Positions 39,512 to 50,529 of a stretch of 64,000 bases of DNA are shown in pieces (position 1 is the stretch's first letter; the number at the start of each line of letters is the position of its first letter). The notes below the pieces were generated by a model. It was given only the letters and a program-made list of their open reading frames with translations. It was not told where the DNA came from and did not search any database. This DNA comes from an uncultured delta proteobacterium (GTDB taxonomy: Bacteria; Myxococcota_A; Polyangia; Fen-1088), in the NCBI GenBank assembly GCA_963755125.1, contig CAVWIP010000018.1:32001-96000 (forward strand). Direction: 5' to 3'. The position numbers and the translations under genes are program-made.

Positions 39512-41508
39512 GCAAAGCCATCAGCAAAGACGGTCAGGCCGCGGTCGGGGTCTACGTCTGTCACTGCGGCACCAACATCGCCGGCACGGTGGACGTCGAG
39601 AAGCTGGCCAAGGAAATGGCGGGCGAGGCCGGCGTGGTGATCTCGCGCGAATACAAGTTCATGTGCTCCGACCCCGGGCAGGAGCAGATCAAGAAGGACA
39701 TCGCCGAGTTCGGGCTGAACCGCGTGGTGGTGGCCGCGTGCTCGCCGCGCATGCACGAGCCCACCTTCCGGCGGGCCTGCGCCCAGGCCGGTCTCAATCC
39801 CTTCCTCATGCTAATGGCCAACATCCGCGAGCAGTGCTCGTGGGTGACCAAGGATCGCACGGAAGCCACCAACAAGGCTCTGGCCATCGTGCGCGCCACG
39901 GTCAGGCGCGCGCGCTGGATGCGGCCGCTGCAGCCTGGCCGGGCCAAGGTCAAGCCCAGCACGCTCATCATTGGCGGAGGTATCGCCGGCATCCAGGCGG
40001 CCCTCGACATCGCCGAGGCCGGCTACAAGGTTCACCTGGTCGAGCGCAACCAGTCGATCGGCGGTCACATGGCCGAGCTGGACAAGACCTTCCCCACCCT
40101 GGACTGCTCGGCCTGTATCTTGACGCCCAAGATGGTCCAGGTGGCCCAGCACCCCAACATCGAGCTGCTCACCTATCACGAGGTCGAAGAGGTGCGCGGC
40201 AGCGTGGGCCAGTTCAAGGTCAAGGTCCGACGCAAGGCCACCTGCGTGGACAACGCCAAGTGCACCGGCTGCGGCGTCTGCATCACCAAGTGCCCGGTGA
40301 AGAAGGTTCCCTCGGAATTCGACGAGAAGATGGCCTTCCGGCCCGCCATCTACACCATGTTTCCGCAAGCCGTGCCCAACAAGCCGGTCATCGACCGCAA
40401 GCACTGCAACTACTTCGTGCGCGGCAAGTGCGGGGTGTGCGAAAAGTTCTGCGAGCCGGGCGCCATCGTGATGAACGATCGGGACAGCGTGCGCGAGCTA
40501 GAGGTGGGCACCATCATCGTGGCCACCGGCTACGATCTGGTCGACCCCGGCCAGTTCAAACAATGGGGCTACGGCCGCTTCCCCGACGTGTACACCGGCC
40601 TGGAATTCGAGCGGCTGTGCAACGCCATGGGCCCCACCAGCGGCAAGATCGTCAAAAAGGACGGCCAGGCGCCGGCTGCGGTCGGCATCCTTCACTGCAT
40701 CGGCTCGCGCGACGAGAACTACTGCAAGCACTGCTCGCGCGTGTGCTGCATGTACTCGCTCAAGTTCGCGCACCTGCTGCGCGAGAAGACCACGGCGCGA
40801 GTGTACGAGTTCTACATCGACATGCGCGCCTTTGGCAAAGGCTACGAGGAGTTCTATCACCGGGTCATGCACGAGGGCACGCGCTTCGTGCGCGGCAAGG
40901 CCGGGCAGGTGCTGGCGCCCACCGAGGCCGACGCCGATGCGCCCGCGGACTCGATGATCGTCGTGGCGGAAGAGACCACGCTGGGCAAGTTGCTGCGCGT
41001 CCCAGTCGACATGATCGTCCTGGCCACGGCCATGGGCCCGGCCCAGGGGGCCAAGCAGGTGTCCGAGATGCTGCGCATCCCACGCAGCCCGGACGGCTTC
41101 TTCGCCGAAAAGCACCCCAAGCTGGCGCCCGTGGAAACGCCCACCGACGGTGTGTTCCTGGCCGGCACCTGTCAGGGCCCCAAGGACATTCCGGACACCG
41201 TGGCGCAGGCGTCGGGCTCGGCTGCGGCAGCCATGCGCTTCATGGCCCGCGGCGAGGTCGAGATCGATCCTTCAGTCGCGCTGGTGCGGCCCGAGATGTG
41301 CACAGCCTGCGGGATGTGCGTCGATGTTTGTGCCTACCAAGCCATCGAGATCGATCCCAAACGCAACAAGGCCGTGGTCAACGCCACCACGTGCAAAGGC
41401 TGTGGCACCTGCGTGGCCACCTGCCGGGCCACGGCCATCGAACTGCAACACTTCACCGACCGGCAGATCTATCACGAGCTGGCCGGTCTGCTCGGGGAGG
41501 CATGGTGA
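39508..41508 (+). CDS. hdrA: Heterodisulfide reductase subunit A-like flavoprotein
   Basis: VYVCHCGTNI, GGGIAG, LDKTFPTLDCSACIL, HCIGSRD...CSRVCC, GPKDIP. Confidence 0.95.
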   Translation: MSKAISKDGQAAVGVYVCHCGTNIAGTVDVEKLAKEMAGEAGVVISREYKFMCSDPGQEQIKKDIAEFGLNRVVVAACSPRMHEPTFRRACAQAGLNPFLMLMANIREQCSWVTKDRTEATNKALAIVRATVRRARWMRPLQPGRAKVKPSTLIIGGGIAGIQAALDIAEAGYKVHLVERNQSIGGHMAELDKTFPTLDCSACILTPKMVQVAQHPNIELLTYHEVEEVRGSVGQFKVKVRRKATCVDNAKCTGCGVCITKCPVKKVPSEFDEKMAFRPAIYTMFPQAVPNKPVIDRKHCNYFVRGKCGVCEKFCEPGAIVMNDRDSVRELEVGTIIVATGYDLVDPGQFKQWGYGRFPDVYTGLEFERLCNAMGPTSGKIVKKDGQAPAAVGILHCIGSRDENYCKHCSRVCCMYSLKFAHLLREKTTARVYEFYIDMRAFGKGYEEFYHRVMHEGTRFVRGKAGQVLAPTEADADAPADSMIVVAEETTLGKLLRVPVDMIVLATAMGPAQGAKQVSEMLRIPRSPDGFFAEKHPKLAPVETPTDGVFLAGTCQGPKDIPDTVAQASGSAAAAMRFMARGEVEIDPSVALVRPEMCTACGMCVDVCAYQAIEIDPKRNKAVVNATTCKGCGTCVATCRATAIELQHFTDRQIYHELAGLLGEAW

Positions 41509-41939
41509 TGAGCGAGAATTTCCAGCCGCGCATCGTCGGCTTTCTGTGCAACTGGTGTAGCTACGCCGGCGCCGATCTGGCGGGCACCTCGCGCCTGAAA
41601 GTGCCGGCCAATCTGCGCGTGGTGCGCGTGCCCTGCTCGGGCCGCATCAATCCGCTGTTCATCTTCAAGGCGCTGGAAGAGGGCGCGGACGGTGTGATGG
41701 TGTCGGGCTGCCATCCGGGAGACTGCCACTACATCAGCGGCAACCGCTACGCCAAACGCAAGCTGGCGGTGATCCGCCGCCTGCTCGACTGGGTTGGCGT
41801 CGAGCCCGAGCGCATCCATTTCACCTGGCTTTCGGCCTCGGAGGGCGCGCGCTACGCGGTCGAGGTGGGCGAGTTCGTCGACAAGGTGCGGGCTCTGGGA
41901 CGGCGCAATCCCATGGCGCGCCAGGGGGTGGCGTCGTGA
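41508..41939 (+). CDS. mvhD: MvhD/FlxD-like [2Fe-2S] subunit
   Basis: FLCNWCSYAGAD, VPCSGR, GCHPGDCHY. Confidence 0.92.
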   Translation: MSENFQPRIVGFLCNWCSYAGADLAGTSRLKVPANLRVVRVPCSGRINPLFIFKALEEGADGVMVSGCHPGDCHYISGNRYAKRKLAVIRRLLDWVGVEPERIHFTWLSASEGARYAVEVGEFVDKVRALGRRNPMARQGVAS

Positions 41940-42793
41940 ACCAGTCGCTGCGCGAGAATGTGAAGCGCCTGTTTGCCGAGGGCAAAGTCAAATCCGTGCT
42001 CGGCTATCGCGAGCACCCGTTGTCCAAGGCCGTGGTGGCCACGCTCATCACGCGGCCCGAGGACGCGGACACCCTGATTTTCGATTATCGCTGCGTGCAG
42101 AACCTGGCCCGCGGCTTGACCCGCGATCTGCCGCTGCCAGTCGGGATCGTGGTCAAGGGCTGCGACGGCCGTGCGGTTAGCATGCGCATCACCGAGGGCG
42201 ATTTCGCGCGCGAGCAGATCGTGGCCATCGCAGTGGCCTGCCCTGGCGTGAAGGCCGACGGCAAGACCTTCGATGAACGCTGCCAGCGCTGCGAGATGCA
42301 CGTCTCGCCGCTGGCTGATGTCACGGTCGGGGACGTGTCGGCGCTGCCCAAGCCGGAGAAGACGCGCGCCGAGACCATCGCCAAGATCAAGGCCATGACC
42401 CCGGCCGAGCGCTTCGAGTTCTGGCAGAAGGCGTTCGAGCCCTGCACCCACTGCTACGCCTGCCGCGAGGTCTGTCCGTTGTGCAACTGCGCGGTGTGCG
42501 TGACCGACCAGAACGCCCCGCGCTGGATCGAGCAGACCGCCAAGCCGTCGTCCAATCTCATGTGGCACATGATCCGCGCCTTCCACCACGCTGGTCGCTG
42601 CGTCGACTGTGGCGAGTGCCAGCGCGCCTGCCCCGAGGGCGTGCCCATGCACCTGCTCGACCTGTGCCTGGCGGAAGACGTCGAGGAGCTGTTCGATTTC
42701 AAGACCGGTATCAAGCAGGGCGACAAGTGGCCCTTCTTGCTTTTCAACCCGGAAGATCCTGATAGCTGGCTGGGAGGACCCCACCGTGGCTGA
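41936..42793 (+). CDS. 4Fe-4S dicluster protein (FlxC/D-like)
   Basis: KGCD, CTHCYACREVCPLCNC, GRCVDCGECQRACP. Confidence 0.85.
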   Translation: MNQSLRENVKRLFAEGKVKSVLGYREHPLSKAVVATLITRPEDADTLIFDYRCVQNLARGLTRDLPLPVGIVVKGCDGRAVSMRITEGDFAREQIVAIAVACPGVKADGKTFDERCQRCEMHVSPLADVTVGDVSALPKPEKTRAETIAKIKAMTPAERFEFWQKAFEPCTHCYACREVCPLCNCAVCVTDQNAPRWIEQTAKPSSNLMWHMIRAFHHAGRCVDCGECQRACPEGVPMHLLDLCLAEDVEELFDFKTGIKQGDKWPFLLFNPEDPDSWLGGPHRG

Positions 42794-43784
42794 TGGCATG
42801 AAAATTTCGCGCGAGGCGCTCCAAACGGCGCTTTCCAAGCGGGGGGCGATCTTTGCGCCCAACGACGTTGGCCGCTGGACTGCGGTCGAGTCGTTGCCCG
42901 AACTGGGCCCCATCCGGCCGCGGCGACCGGTCAAGGACCTGTTCACCCCGCCCCGGCGCGAGATCGCGCGCTGGAAAGCCGGCGCGGGCCCCGCCGAAAT
43001 CGAGCCGGCCAAGCCCGACGAGACTCCGGGCAGCGTGTTCGGCGTGCGACCGTGCGACGCGCGCGCCCTGCTGTTGCTCGACCGCGCCTTCGTGCAAGCG
43101 CCCTATTTGGATCCCCACTACAAGGCCAGGCGGGACAATCTTCTGCTGATCGGCGTCGCGTGCCAGCCAGGCCCCAACTGCTATTGTGGCGTGTTCGGCT
43201 TCGGTCCCGACGACAAGGACGCGGTGGACCTCATGCTGACACCAAAGACTGACGGTTTCGTGGCCCAGGCCGGCAGTCCGCGCGGCCAGGCGTTCCTGGC
43301 CACCGTAGTGACGGTGGCCGTGCCCGTGCCAGCGCCGCGGCCCGGCCCGCGACCCGAGTGGTGGACCGGCCTGCCCGACCCGAAAACACTGTACGCGAAC
43401 TTCGACCACCCCATGTGGCGCGAGCTGGGCACCTCCTGCATGAACTGCGGCGTGTGTACGCAGTACTGTCCGACCTGCCAGTGTTTCACCATCGACGACG
43501 AGTCGTTCAAGGGCGAGATCCAGCGGCTGCGCATCGTGGACAACTGCCAGCGCTCGGATTTCACCCGCATGGCAGGCGGCCACAATCCGCGCCAGGTCGC
43601 GGCCAGTCGCCTGCGCCAGCGCGTGCTGCACAAGTTCTCATACATTCCCACGCAGAATCCCGGTCTGGTCGGCTGCACCGGGTGCGGCCGTTGCGTGGAG
43701 CTGTGCCCGCTCGACCGGCACCTGTTCGCCGACGTGTTCGAGATCATGAAGCGCATCAACCAGGAGGCCGAACGTGTTGCGTGA
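42786..43784 (+). CDS. 4Fe-4S protein (FlxB/AsrA-like)
   Basis: GVRPCD, CMNCGVCTQYCPTCQCF, RLRQRVLHKF, CTGCGRCVELCP; GTG 42786 has a GGAGG RBS. Confidence 0.85.
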   Translation: MADGMKISREALQTALSKRGAIFAPNDVGRWTAVESLPELGPIRPRRPVKDLFTPPRREIARWKAGAGPAEIEPAKPDETPGSVFGVRPCDARALLLLDRAFVQAPYLDPHYKARRDNLLLIGVACQPGPNCYCGVFGFGPDDKDAVDLMLTPKTDGFVAQAGSPRGQAFLATVVTVAVPVPAPRPGPRPEWWTGLPDPKTLYANFDHPMWRELGTSCMNCGVCTQYCPTCQCFTIDDESFKGEIQRLRIVDNCQRSDFTRMAGGHNPRQVAASRLRQRVLHKFSYIPTQNPGLVGCTGCGRCVELCPLDRHLFADVFEIMKRINQEAERVA

Positions 43785-44604
43785 TCCCTTGCTGCCGCTG
43801 CCCGCGCGCATCAGCGAGCGCATCGACGAGACCGCGGACACGGTCACCTTCCATTTCGAGCTGCTCGACGAGACCGAGCGCAATGCCTTCCGCTATCTGC
43901 CCGGCCAGTTCGGCGAGATCTCGGCCTTTGGCGAGGGCGAATCCACCTTCGTCATCGCCGGCGATCCGGCCCGACCCGAGCGGCTGACCGTCACCACCAA
44001 GCGGGTGGGCGCCCACACCGAGGCCCTGCACCACCTGTACGCAGGCGCCATCATCGGGTTCCGCGGCCCCTACGGCAAAGCCTTCCCAGTCGCTGAGTGG
44101 AAGGGCAAGGACATCGTCATCGCGGGCGGCGGCATCGGCCTGGCGCCGCTCAAGCCCATCATCTGCCATGTGCTCAATCAGCGCGCTGACTACGGGAGGC
44201 TGACCATCGTATACGGCGCGCGCAGCCCGGGCGATCTGATGTACGCGGCGGATCGCGAGATCTGGGCCAAAGCGTTCAACACGGAATTGGTGGTGACCGT
44301 CGACAAGGGCGACGCCAACTGGAAAGGGCGCGAGGGCTTCGTGCCCGCCGTGCTGCGCGCGACTGCGCCCAAAGCCGACAACGCCGTGGCCATCACCTGC
44401 GGCCCGCCCATCATGATCAAGTTGACCCTGCCGGTGTTCAAAGAACTGGGATTCCCCGCCGAGCGCATCTTCACCACCCTGGAAATGAAGATGAAGTGCG
44501 GCCTGGGCCAGTGCGGCCGCTGCAACATCGGCCCCTTCTACGTGTGCAAGGACGGGCCGGTCTTCTCCGTCGCGCAGCTACAGCAACTGCCTCAAGAGTT
44601 CTAA
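43774..44604 (+). CDS. FAD/NAD(P)-binding [2Fe-2S] subunit (FlxA/AsrB/PyrK-like)
   Basis: RGPYG, GGGIGLAP, CGPPIM, MKCGLGQCGRCNIG...CKDGPVF. Confidence 0.9.
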   Translation: MLRDPLLPLPARISERIDETADTVTFHFELLDETERNAFRYLPGQFGEISAFGEGESTFVIAGDPARPERLTVTTKRVGAHTEALHHLYAGAIIGFRGPYGKAFPVAEWKGKDIVIAGGGIGLAPLKPIICHVLNQRADYGRLTIVYGARSPGDLMYAADREIWAKAFNTELVVTVDKGDANWKGREGFVPAVLRATAPKADNAVAITCGPPIMIKLTLPVFKELGFPAERIFTTLEMKMKCGLGQCGRCNIGPFYVCKDGPVFSVAQLQQLPQEF

Positions 44605-44847
44605 GGCACCAAACTGAGGGTGAACTGGTTCGCGTCGTCGGTCATGAACTGATCGAGATTTCGGGACCATGAGCACAAGTCGTGAGCCACAACCAAGCGT
44701 GGCGCGTCGTTGCTCTGATGTGGCAGCGCCCACCTGCAAGGAAGCCGTCGGAATTTTCGCGGCCGCGTGTATCATGCGTGGCACGGGCCCAAAATCGCAC
44801 TCTCGCCTTTGTCCAGACTTCGGGCAGCCACCACAAAAGGAACTCAC

Positions 44848-46179
44848 ATGGCCGGACCAACACTTGCCTCAGCGTCGCCCCAGGTTGCTGCCACCAATGG
44901 CAAGCCGCGCAGCTATCTCGGCGCCCTCGCGGTGCTCTCCACGCTGTTCTTCATGTGGGGTTTCATCACCTGCCTGAACGACATCATCATTCCCCACCTG
45001 AAGGCGGTGTTCGACCTGAACTACGCGCAGGCGATGATGATCCAGTTCGCCTTCTTCACCGCCTACTTCGTCGTGTCCCTGCCCTCGGGCCAGATCGTCC
45101 ACCGGGTCGGCTACAAGCGGGGCATCATCATCGGCCTGGTGGTCGTGGGGCTCGGTTGCCTGGCCTTTTACCCGGCGGCCGAGATCCGCTCGTACGCGAT
45201 CTTCCTGCTGGCCCTGTTCATCCTGGCTTCCGGCATCACCCTGCTGCAAGTGGCAGCCAACCCGTTCGTTGCCATTCTGGGCAAGCCCGAAACCGCTTCC
45301 GCGCGCTTGACCCTGACCCAGGCCCTCAACTCGCTGGGCACCACCCTGGCGCCGTTCTTTGGTTCCGCCTTCATCCTCGCGATGCCCTCCAAGTCGGCCG
45401 ACGAACTGAAGGCCATGGTCCCCGCTGCCCGCGAGGCCTACCGAGTGGCCGAGGCCGCTTCGGTGCAGAAACCCTACGTGGGACTGGCTCTCACGCTCTT
45501 CGTTCTGGCGGTTGCCATCGCCTTCTCGAAACTTCCCAAGATTGGCGACCGCGAGGAAACCGCGTCCCAGGCTGGCGGCTCCGACGGCCCCAAGAGCGCC
45601 TTTGCATATCGGCACCTCATGTTCGGTGCGGTGGCCATCTTCGTCTACGTCGGCGGCGAGGTGGCCATCGGAAGTTTCCTGGTCAACTACTTGAAGGAAC
45701 CCGCCATCGCCGGGCTGCCCGAAAAAGTGGGTGCGACCTACCTGCCCTACTACTGGGGAGGCGCCATGGTGGGCCGGTTCCTTGGCACGCCGCTTTTGCG
45801 ATACTTCAAGCCGGGCCGCATCCTCGCCCTGTTCGCCTGTGTCGCAGCCCTGCTGGTGGTCACAACCATGGCCACCTCGGGATCGGCAGCCATGTGGTCC
45901 GTGCTGGCGATCGGGCTCTTCAATTCAATCATGTTCCCGACCATTTTCACCCTGGCCATTGCCGGCCTGGGCAAGCACACCAGTCAGGGCTCCGGCATCC
46001 TGTGCATGGCCATCGTGGGCGGCGCGCTTGTCCCTGTGATCCAAGGTGCCATTGCCGACCGGATCGGCATCCACCACTGCTTCATCATCCCCGCGCTCTG
46101 CTACCTGTACATCGTCTGGTACGGCTGGAAGGGACACGTTCCTCGTCGGGGCCAGGGCACGGCAGCAGCGTCGGCGTAA
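44848..46179 (+). CDS. FucP/GluP-family MFS sugar:H+ symporter
   Basis: [44 protein letters not shown]. Confidence 0.9.
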   Translation: MAGPTLASASPQVAATNGKPRSYLGALAVLSTLFFMWGFITCLNDIIIPHLKAVFDLNYAQAMMIQFAFFTAYFVVSLPSGQIVHRVGYKRGIIIGLVVVGLGCLAFYPAAEIRSYAIFLLALFILASGITLLQVAANPFVAILGKPETASARLTLTQALNSLGTTLAPFFGSAFILAMPSKSADELKAMVPAAREAYRVAEAASVQKPYVGLALTLFVLAVAIAFSKLPKIGDREETASQAGGSDGPKSAFAYRHLMFGAVAIFVYVGGEVAIGSFLVNYLKEPAIAGLPEKVGATYLPYYWGGAMVGRFLGTPLLRYFKPGRILALFACVAALLVVTTMATSGSAAMWSVLAIGLFNSIMFPTIFTLAIAGLGKHTSQGSGILCMAIVGGALVPVIQGAIADRIGIHHCFIIPALCYLYIVWYGWKGHVPRRGQGTAAASA

Positions 46180-46237
46180 GCGGGGGCATTGAAAAGAGCG
46201 GATGCTTGGCACGGGCGGGCTTATGCCGGAATCTCCC

Positions 46238-46514
46238 CCCGGCCGCCCGCCTACGCGCCGAACTCGCTTTTGTTCAGAAACTTAACGAAAACGACATGAT
46301 CGCCAGGTGGCCGACAAGATGGGAGCCATTCGGTGGTTTGTCACTGAGGGCCTATCCATGGGATTCAAGGAGTGGCGTGAAGGTCTACTACCGCGGTCTC
46401 GCAGAGAGATTCTCCAAGACAGCTGGGAAGATCTCTTGCGCTTCTTGCTGACCTGATGCCTATGCAAGCGCCTCAGAACAGAAGCAAGCTCGACGCGTAG
46501 GCGGGCGGCCGGGA
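46238..46514. repeat. About 41-bp imperfect inverted repeats enclosing a lower-GC gene fragment
   Basis: 46238-46278 (CCCGGCCGCCCGCCTACGCGCCGAACTCGCTTTTGTTCAGA) matches the reverse complement of 46473-46513 (CCCGGCCGCCCGCCTACGCGTCGAGCTTGCTTCTGTTCTGA) with 5 mismatches. Confidence 0.7.
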
Positions 46515-46864
46515 GCGACTCCGAGGCGGCGTTAGCGAGCGCACCGAGCGTCTGCGCTCGGTTGCAAGCGAGCGTCAAGGGCCCATGGCGGCCAGCGCAG
46601 CTGGGCGCCGAGGGACCCGTCTGCCGAGCGCGCCATGGACGCGCGCTTCGCGCGGCCGTTGGCGTGCGGCCGCCGAGGAGCACTCCCGGCATCAGCCCGC
46701 CAGCGCCGAGCGCCCGCCAGCGCCAATGGCATCCGAGGTTCTCGTCCAGCTTGAAATACGGGAAAGCAGATCCTCGCGTGTCATGATCCTCAGTGCAAGG
46801 CTAGCACCGACGTCATCCCCTGTCACACGCGATGCTCGCGGACTTCGCCAGCACGGGGCGGTTA

Positions 46865-47476
46865 TCAGAAGCTGGAGAGATACGGCAGCTTCTTGGCCAA
46901 CGCCAGGATGGCGTCGCGATTGGCCAGCAACTCGCCGGTGGTGTCCCAGCGGCCGTCGAGGAATTGCTGGCGCACGCCCTCGGGAATGCGCACTGGAACG
47001 CGCAGCGCACCGACGCTGACGACTTTGTCCTTCAAGTCGACGGTGACGGCCACCGTCGGATCCGCTGTGACCGCCTTCTGCAATACCTCGACGGAAACCG
47101 CCTCCACCATCACGCAGGGCATGCCCAGCGAGACGCAGTTGCCGAAGAAGATCTCGGCAAAACTCTCGCCCACGACGGCGCGGATGCCCTTGTGCCAGCG
47201 GTTCAGCGCCTGCGGTGCGTGCTCGCGCGACGAGCCGCAGCCAAAGTTCTTGTTGACCAGCAACACGGTAGCGTCGCGAAATTTCGCATCGTCGAACGGG
47301 TGCACGCGGCCCTGTTGCTTGAGCTGGGCCCGGTCGTCCTCGAAGGCGTGGTCGCCCAACCCCTCGAAGGTGACCGTGCGCAGGTAGCGCGCGGGAATGA
47401 TGCGATCGGTGTCGATGTCGTTGCCGTGCAGAACGATGCCCTGTCCCTTGATCACGATGCGCTTCGAGTCGTCCAT
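46865..47476 (-). CDS. leuD: 3-isopropylmalate dehydratase small subunit
   Basis: DIDTDRIIPARYL, NFGCGSSREHAPQAL, SFAEIFFGN. Confidence 0.93.
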   Translation of the reverse strand: MDDSKRIVIKGQGIVLHGNDIDTDRIIPARYLRTVTFEGLGDHAFEDDRAQLKQQGRVHPFDDAKFRDATVLLVNKNFGCGSSREHAPQALNRWHKGIRAVVGESFAEIFFGNCVSLGMPCVMVEAVSVEVLQKAVTADPTVAVTVDLKDKVVSVGALRVPVRIPEGVRQQFLDGRWDTTGELLANRDAILALAKKLPYLSSF

Positions 47477-47493
47477 GACAGATCTCCTCGCAC

Positions 47494-48912
47494 TTAGCTG
47501 TGGATACCGAACACCTGGCGCGCGTCCGCCACTTCACCAGCGATGGCCGCCGCGGCCACCATGATGGGGCTCATGAGCAGGGTGCGCCCGCTGGGGCTGC
47601 CCTGCCGGCCCTTGAAATTGCGATTCGATGACGAGGCGCTGAGCTCGTTTCCCTTCAGCTTGTCGGGGTTCATGGCCAGGCACATCGAACAACCGGCCTC
47701 GCGAAATTGGAAGCCCGCGGCGGTGAAGATCTTGTCCCAGCCGCGCGCCACCAGCTCGCGCTTGACCTGCATCGACCCAGGAACCACCAGGGCCTGCACG
47801 TGCGGCGCCACCTTGTAGCGCCCCGCCTTCAGCACCTCGACCACCGCCTCGAAGTCGGATCGGCGCCCGTTGGTGCACGAGCCGATGAAGGCCACGTCGA
47901 TCTTCTGGCCCTTGATGGGCTGGCCCGGTTTCATGGCCATGTACTTGTAGGCTTCCTCGGCGCTCTCGCGCTCGTCGGCGGGGAATGCCTCGGGCGCAGG
48001 GATGGTCCCGTTCACCGCGACCGACTGGCCCGGCGTGATGCCCCAGGTGACCATGGGCTCGATGTCCTCCGCCCGATATTTCACCACGTCGTCGTAGCGG
48101 GCATCGGCGTCGCTCCTCACGCTGTCCCAGTAGGCGCGCGCACGGTCCCAGGTTTCGACCTTGGGCGCGTAGGTGCGGCCCTTGAGATAATCGTAGGTGA
48201 CCGCGTCGGGGTTTATGTAGCCGCAACGGGCGCCGCCCTCGATGCTCATGTTACAGACGGTCATGCGCTCGTCCATGGTCATGCCGGTGATGGTGTCGCC
48301 GGCGTATTCATAGGCGAAGCCCACCCCGCCGTTCACTCCCAGCTTGTTGATGATGAAGAGGATGACGTCCTTGGCCGTCACGCCCGGGCCCAACTTGCCG
48401 CTCACCTCGATGCGTCTGACCTTGAGCTTGTCCATGGACAGGGTCTGCGTGGCCAGCACGTCGCGTACTTGGGACGTGCCGATGCCGAAAGCGATGGCGC
48501 CGAACGCGCCGTGAGTGGCGGTGTGGGAATCGCCACAGCAGATGGTCATGCCGGGTTGGGTGAGCCCATTCTCCGGTCCCACCACGTGCACGATGCCCTG
48601 CTCGCCGTTCTCGGGCGCGAAGTAGCGGATGCCGTGCTTCTTCACGCTGGCTTCCAGGGCACGCAGCATGTCCTCGGCCAGCGAATCCTGGTAGGGACGC
48701 AACTGGCTGTTGGTGGGGATGATGTGATCCACCGTGGCAAAGGTGCGCTCGGGGAACAGCACCTTCAGTCTTCGCTCCTCGAGCATGCTGAAGGCCTGCG
48801 GCGAGGTCACCTCGTGGATCAAGTGCAGCCCCATGAAGAGCTGAACCTGCCCCGACGGCAAGCGGCCCACCGTGTGGCTGTCGAAGACTTTTTCGTACAG
48901 TGTCTTTCCCAT
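47494..48912 (-). CDS. leuC: 3-isopropylmalate dehydratase large subunit
   Basis: [39 protein letters not shown]. Confidence 0.95.
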   Translation of the reverse strand: MGKTLYEKVFDSHTVGRLPSGQVQLFMGLHLIHEVTSPQAFSMLEERRLKVLFPERTFATVDHIIPTNSQLRPYQDSLAEDMLRALEASVKKHGIRYFAPENGEQGIVHVVGPENGLTQPGMTICCGDSHTATHGAFGAIAFGIGTSQVRDVLATQTLSMDKLKVRRIEVSGKLGPGVTAKDVILFIINKLGVNGGVGFAYEYAGDTITGMTMDERMTVCNMSIEGGARCGYINPDAVTYDYLKGRTYAPKVETWDRARAYWDSVRSDADARYDDVVKYRAEDIEPMVTWGITPGQSVAVNGTIPAPEAFPADERESAEEAYKYMAMKPGQPIKGQKIDVAFIGSCTNGRRSDFEAVVEVLKAGRYKVAPHVQALVVPGSMQVKRELVARGWDKIFTAAGFQFREAGCSMCLAMNPDKLKGNELSASSSNRNFKGRQGSPSGRTLLMSPIMVAAAAIAGEVADARQVFGIHS

Positions 48913-48917
48913 TTTCT

Positions 48918-49379
48918 TTACGTCCCTTCTTTGATCGATTCCGCGTAGTGCGTAAGACGCTGGGCCAGGCGGGTTCCGAAGTGGGTGAAGGCGTCCAGCC
49001 TGACGCTGTCGAGCCCGCTCCACACCGCGCGGATGGCGGCTTCCCGCTCCCGGCGCAAGCCCTCGATGCAGCGCCTTCCCTTGGCGGTCAGCTCGTAGCG
49101 GCGCTGCCGGCCGTCGCGTGCAGTAAGGCGTACCGAGACCAGATCCTTGTGCAAGAGCTGGCGCAGGATCTTGGAAACCGCGGCGGCGGAGCTTTCGCGC
49201 TGGCGGGCGAACAGGCTGGGCATGAAGTGCTCGCTGGAGATCTCCTCCAGCACGGCCCACTGCTGGTCGCTGAGATCCACCGAGCGGGCGAGCTGCTGGC
49301 GCCGCTCGGCAAACAGATCGGTGAGGCGCTGCAAGCAGGCGATGGCCGCATGAACGCGTGACGCCTGCTTGGTTGACAT
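48918..49379 (-). CDS. MarR-family transcriptional regulator
   Basis: [32 protein letters not shown]. Confidence 0.85.
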   Translation of the reverse strand: MSTKQASRVHAAIACLQRLTDLFAERRQQLARSVDLSDQQWAVLEEISSEHFMPSLFARQRESSAAAVSKILRQLLHKDLVSVRLTARDGRQRRYELTAKGRRCIEGLRREREAAIRAVWSGLDSVRLDAFTHFGTRLAQRLTHYAESIKEGT

Positions 49380-49386
49380 TGGTATA

Positions 49387-49406
49387 TAGTAAACCATGGT
49401 TAACTA
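49387..49406. promoter_or_regulatory. Probable MarR operator TAGTAAACCATGGTTAACTA
   Basis: 20-bp near-perfect AT-rich palindrome (one mismatched pair) just upstream of marR, in the divergent intergenic region. Confidence 0.7.
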
Positions 49407-49476
49407 AAGCGCAAGGGCTTTTTTCTTGCTCCACTATCTCCTGTGCCTCTGGTCGAGGCTGTGGTGGAATCCGGGC

Positions 49477-50475
49477 ATGAGCAAGAAGGTTCTGTTCATC
49501 GGTGGCTCGGGCAACATCTCGACCGCGTGCTCGCGCCTGGCCGCGGAGCTCGACATCGATCTGGTGCATTTCAACCGGGGCCAGCGTCGGATCGATCTGC
49601 CGTCGCGCGTGCGCACCATCCACGGCGACATCAACGACCGCCGCGCCATGGCCCAGGCCCTGGCTTCCGAGACCTTCGACGTGGTGGTCAACTGGATGGT
49701 ATTCGACCCGGCGCAGGCGGCTGCCGACGTGGAGATGTTCGCCGGCAAGGTCAAGCAGTACGTGTTCATCAGCACAGCCACCGTGTACCAAAAACCGCCG
49801 CGGTACTACCTGGTCACCGAGGAAACGCCGCTGGGAAACCCATTCTGGGAATACTCGCAGAAGAAGATCGCCACCGAACAGTTCCTCATGGACCAGCACC
49901 AGCGCCACGGATTTCCGGTGACCATCGTGCGGCCTTCGTTCACATACGGTGACACCTGGATTCCCACGGCTTTCGGTGTCGACTTCACTTCAGTGTACCG
50001 CATGCGCAAGGGGCTGCCCCTTCCGCTTCACGGCGATGGCACGTCGCTATGGGTGATGACCCATGCCAGCGACTTTGCCAAAGGGTTGCTCGGTCTGCTG
50101 GGCCGGCGCGACGCCGTGGGCGAGGCCTTTCACATCACCTCCGACGAGGTCACGTCCTGGAATCAGGTCTATGAATGCATCGCCGCCGCGGCCGGCGCCC
50201 AGGCGAAACTGGTCCACATCCCATCGGACTTCATCGCCAAGGTGGATCCTGCCATCGGCGCCGGGCTGCTGGGCGACAAGGCGCACTCGCTGGTTTTCGA
50301 CAATTCCAAGATCAAGCGCTTCGTGCCCGAATTCCGCTGCACCGTCTCGCTGGCCGATGGTATGGGCCACACCGTGGCTTGGCTCGACGCCCATCCCGAA
50401 GAGCAGCGACTGGACAGCAACGCCGTGGTCGAGAAGATCCTCGCGGCCTGGGGTTCATCTCATGCGACTCCGTGA
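49477..50475 (+). CDS. NAD-dependent epimerase/dehydratase (extended SDR)
   Basis: [22 protein letters not shown]. Confidence 0.85.
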   Translation: MSKKVLFIGGSGNISTACSRLAAELDIDLVHFNRGQRRIDLPSRVRTIHGDINDRRAMAQALASETFDVVVNWMVFDPAQAAADVEMFAGKVKQYVFISTATVYQKPPRYYLVTEETPLGNPFWEYSQKKIATEQFLMDQHQRHGFPVTIVRPSFTYGDTWIPTAFGVDFTSVYRMRKGLPLPLHGDGTSLWVMTHASDFAKGLLGLLGRRDAVGEAFHITSDEVTSWNQVYECIAAAAGAQAKLVHIPSDFIAKVDPAIGAGLLGDKAHSLVFDNSKIKRFVPEFRCTVSLADGMGHTVAWLDAHPEEQRLDSNAVVEKILAAWGSSHATP

Positions 50476-50529
50476 ACTCGTCCCCTGGCCGCAAGACAGC
50501 TCGCGACGTTCGCGAACGCCGACGCCGGC

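Noticed and set aside
39508..41939. Selenocysteine recoding in HdrA or MvhD
   Set aside because: Both frames are uninterrupted and have Cys codons at the usual positions.
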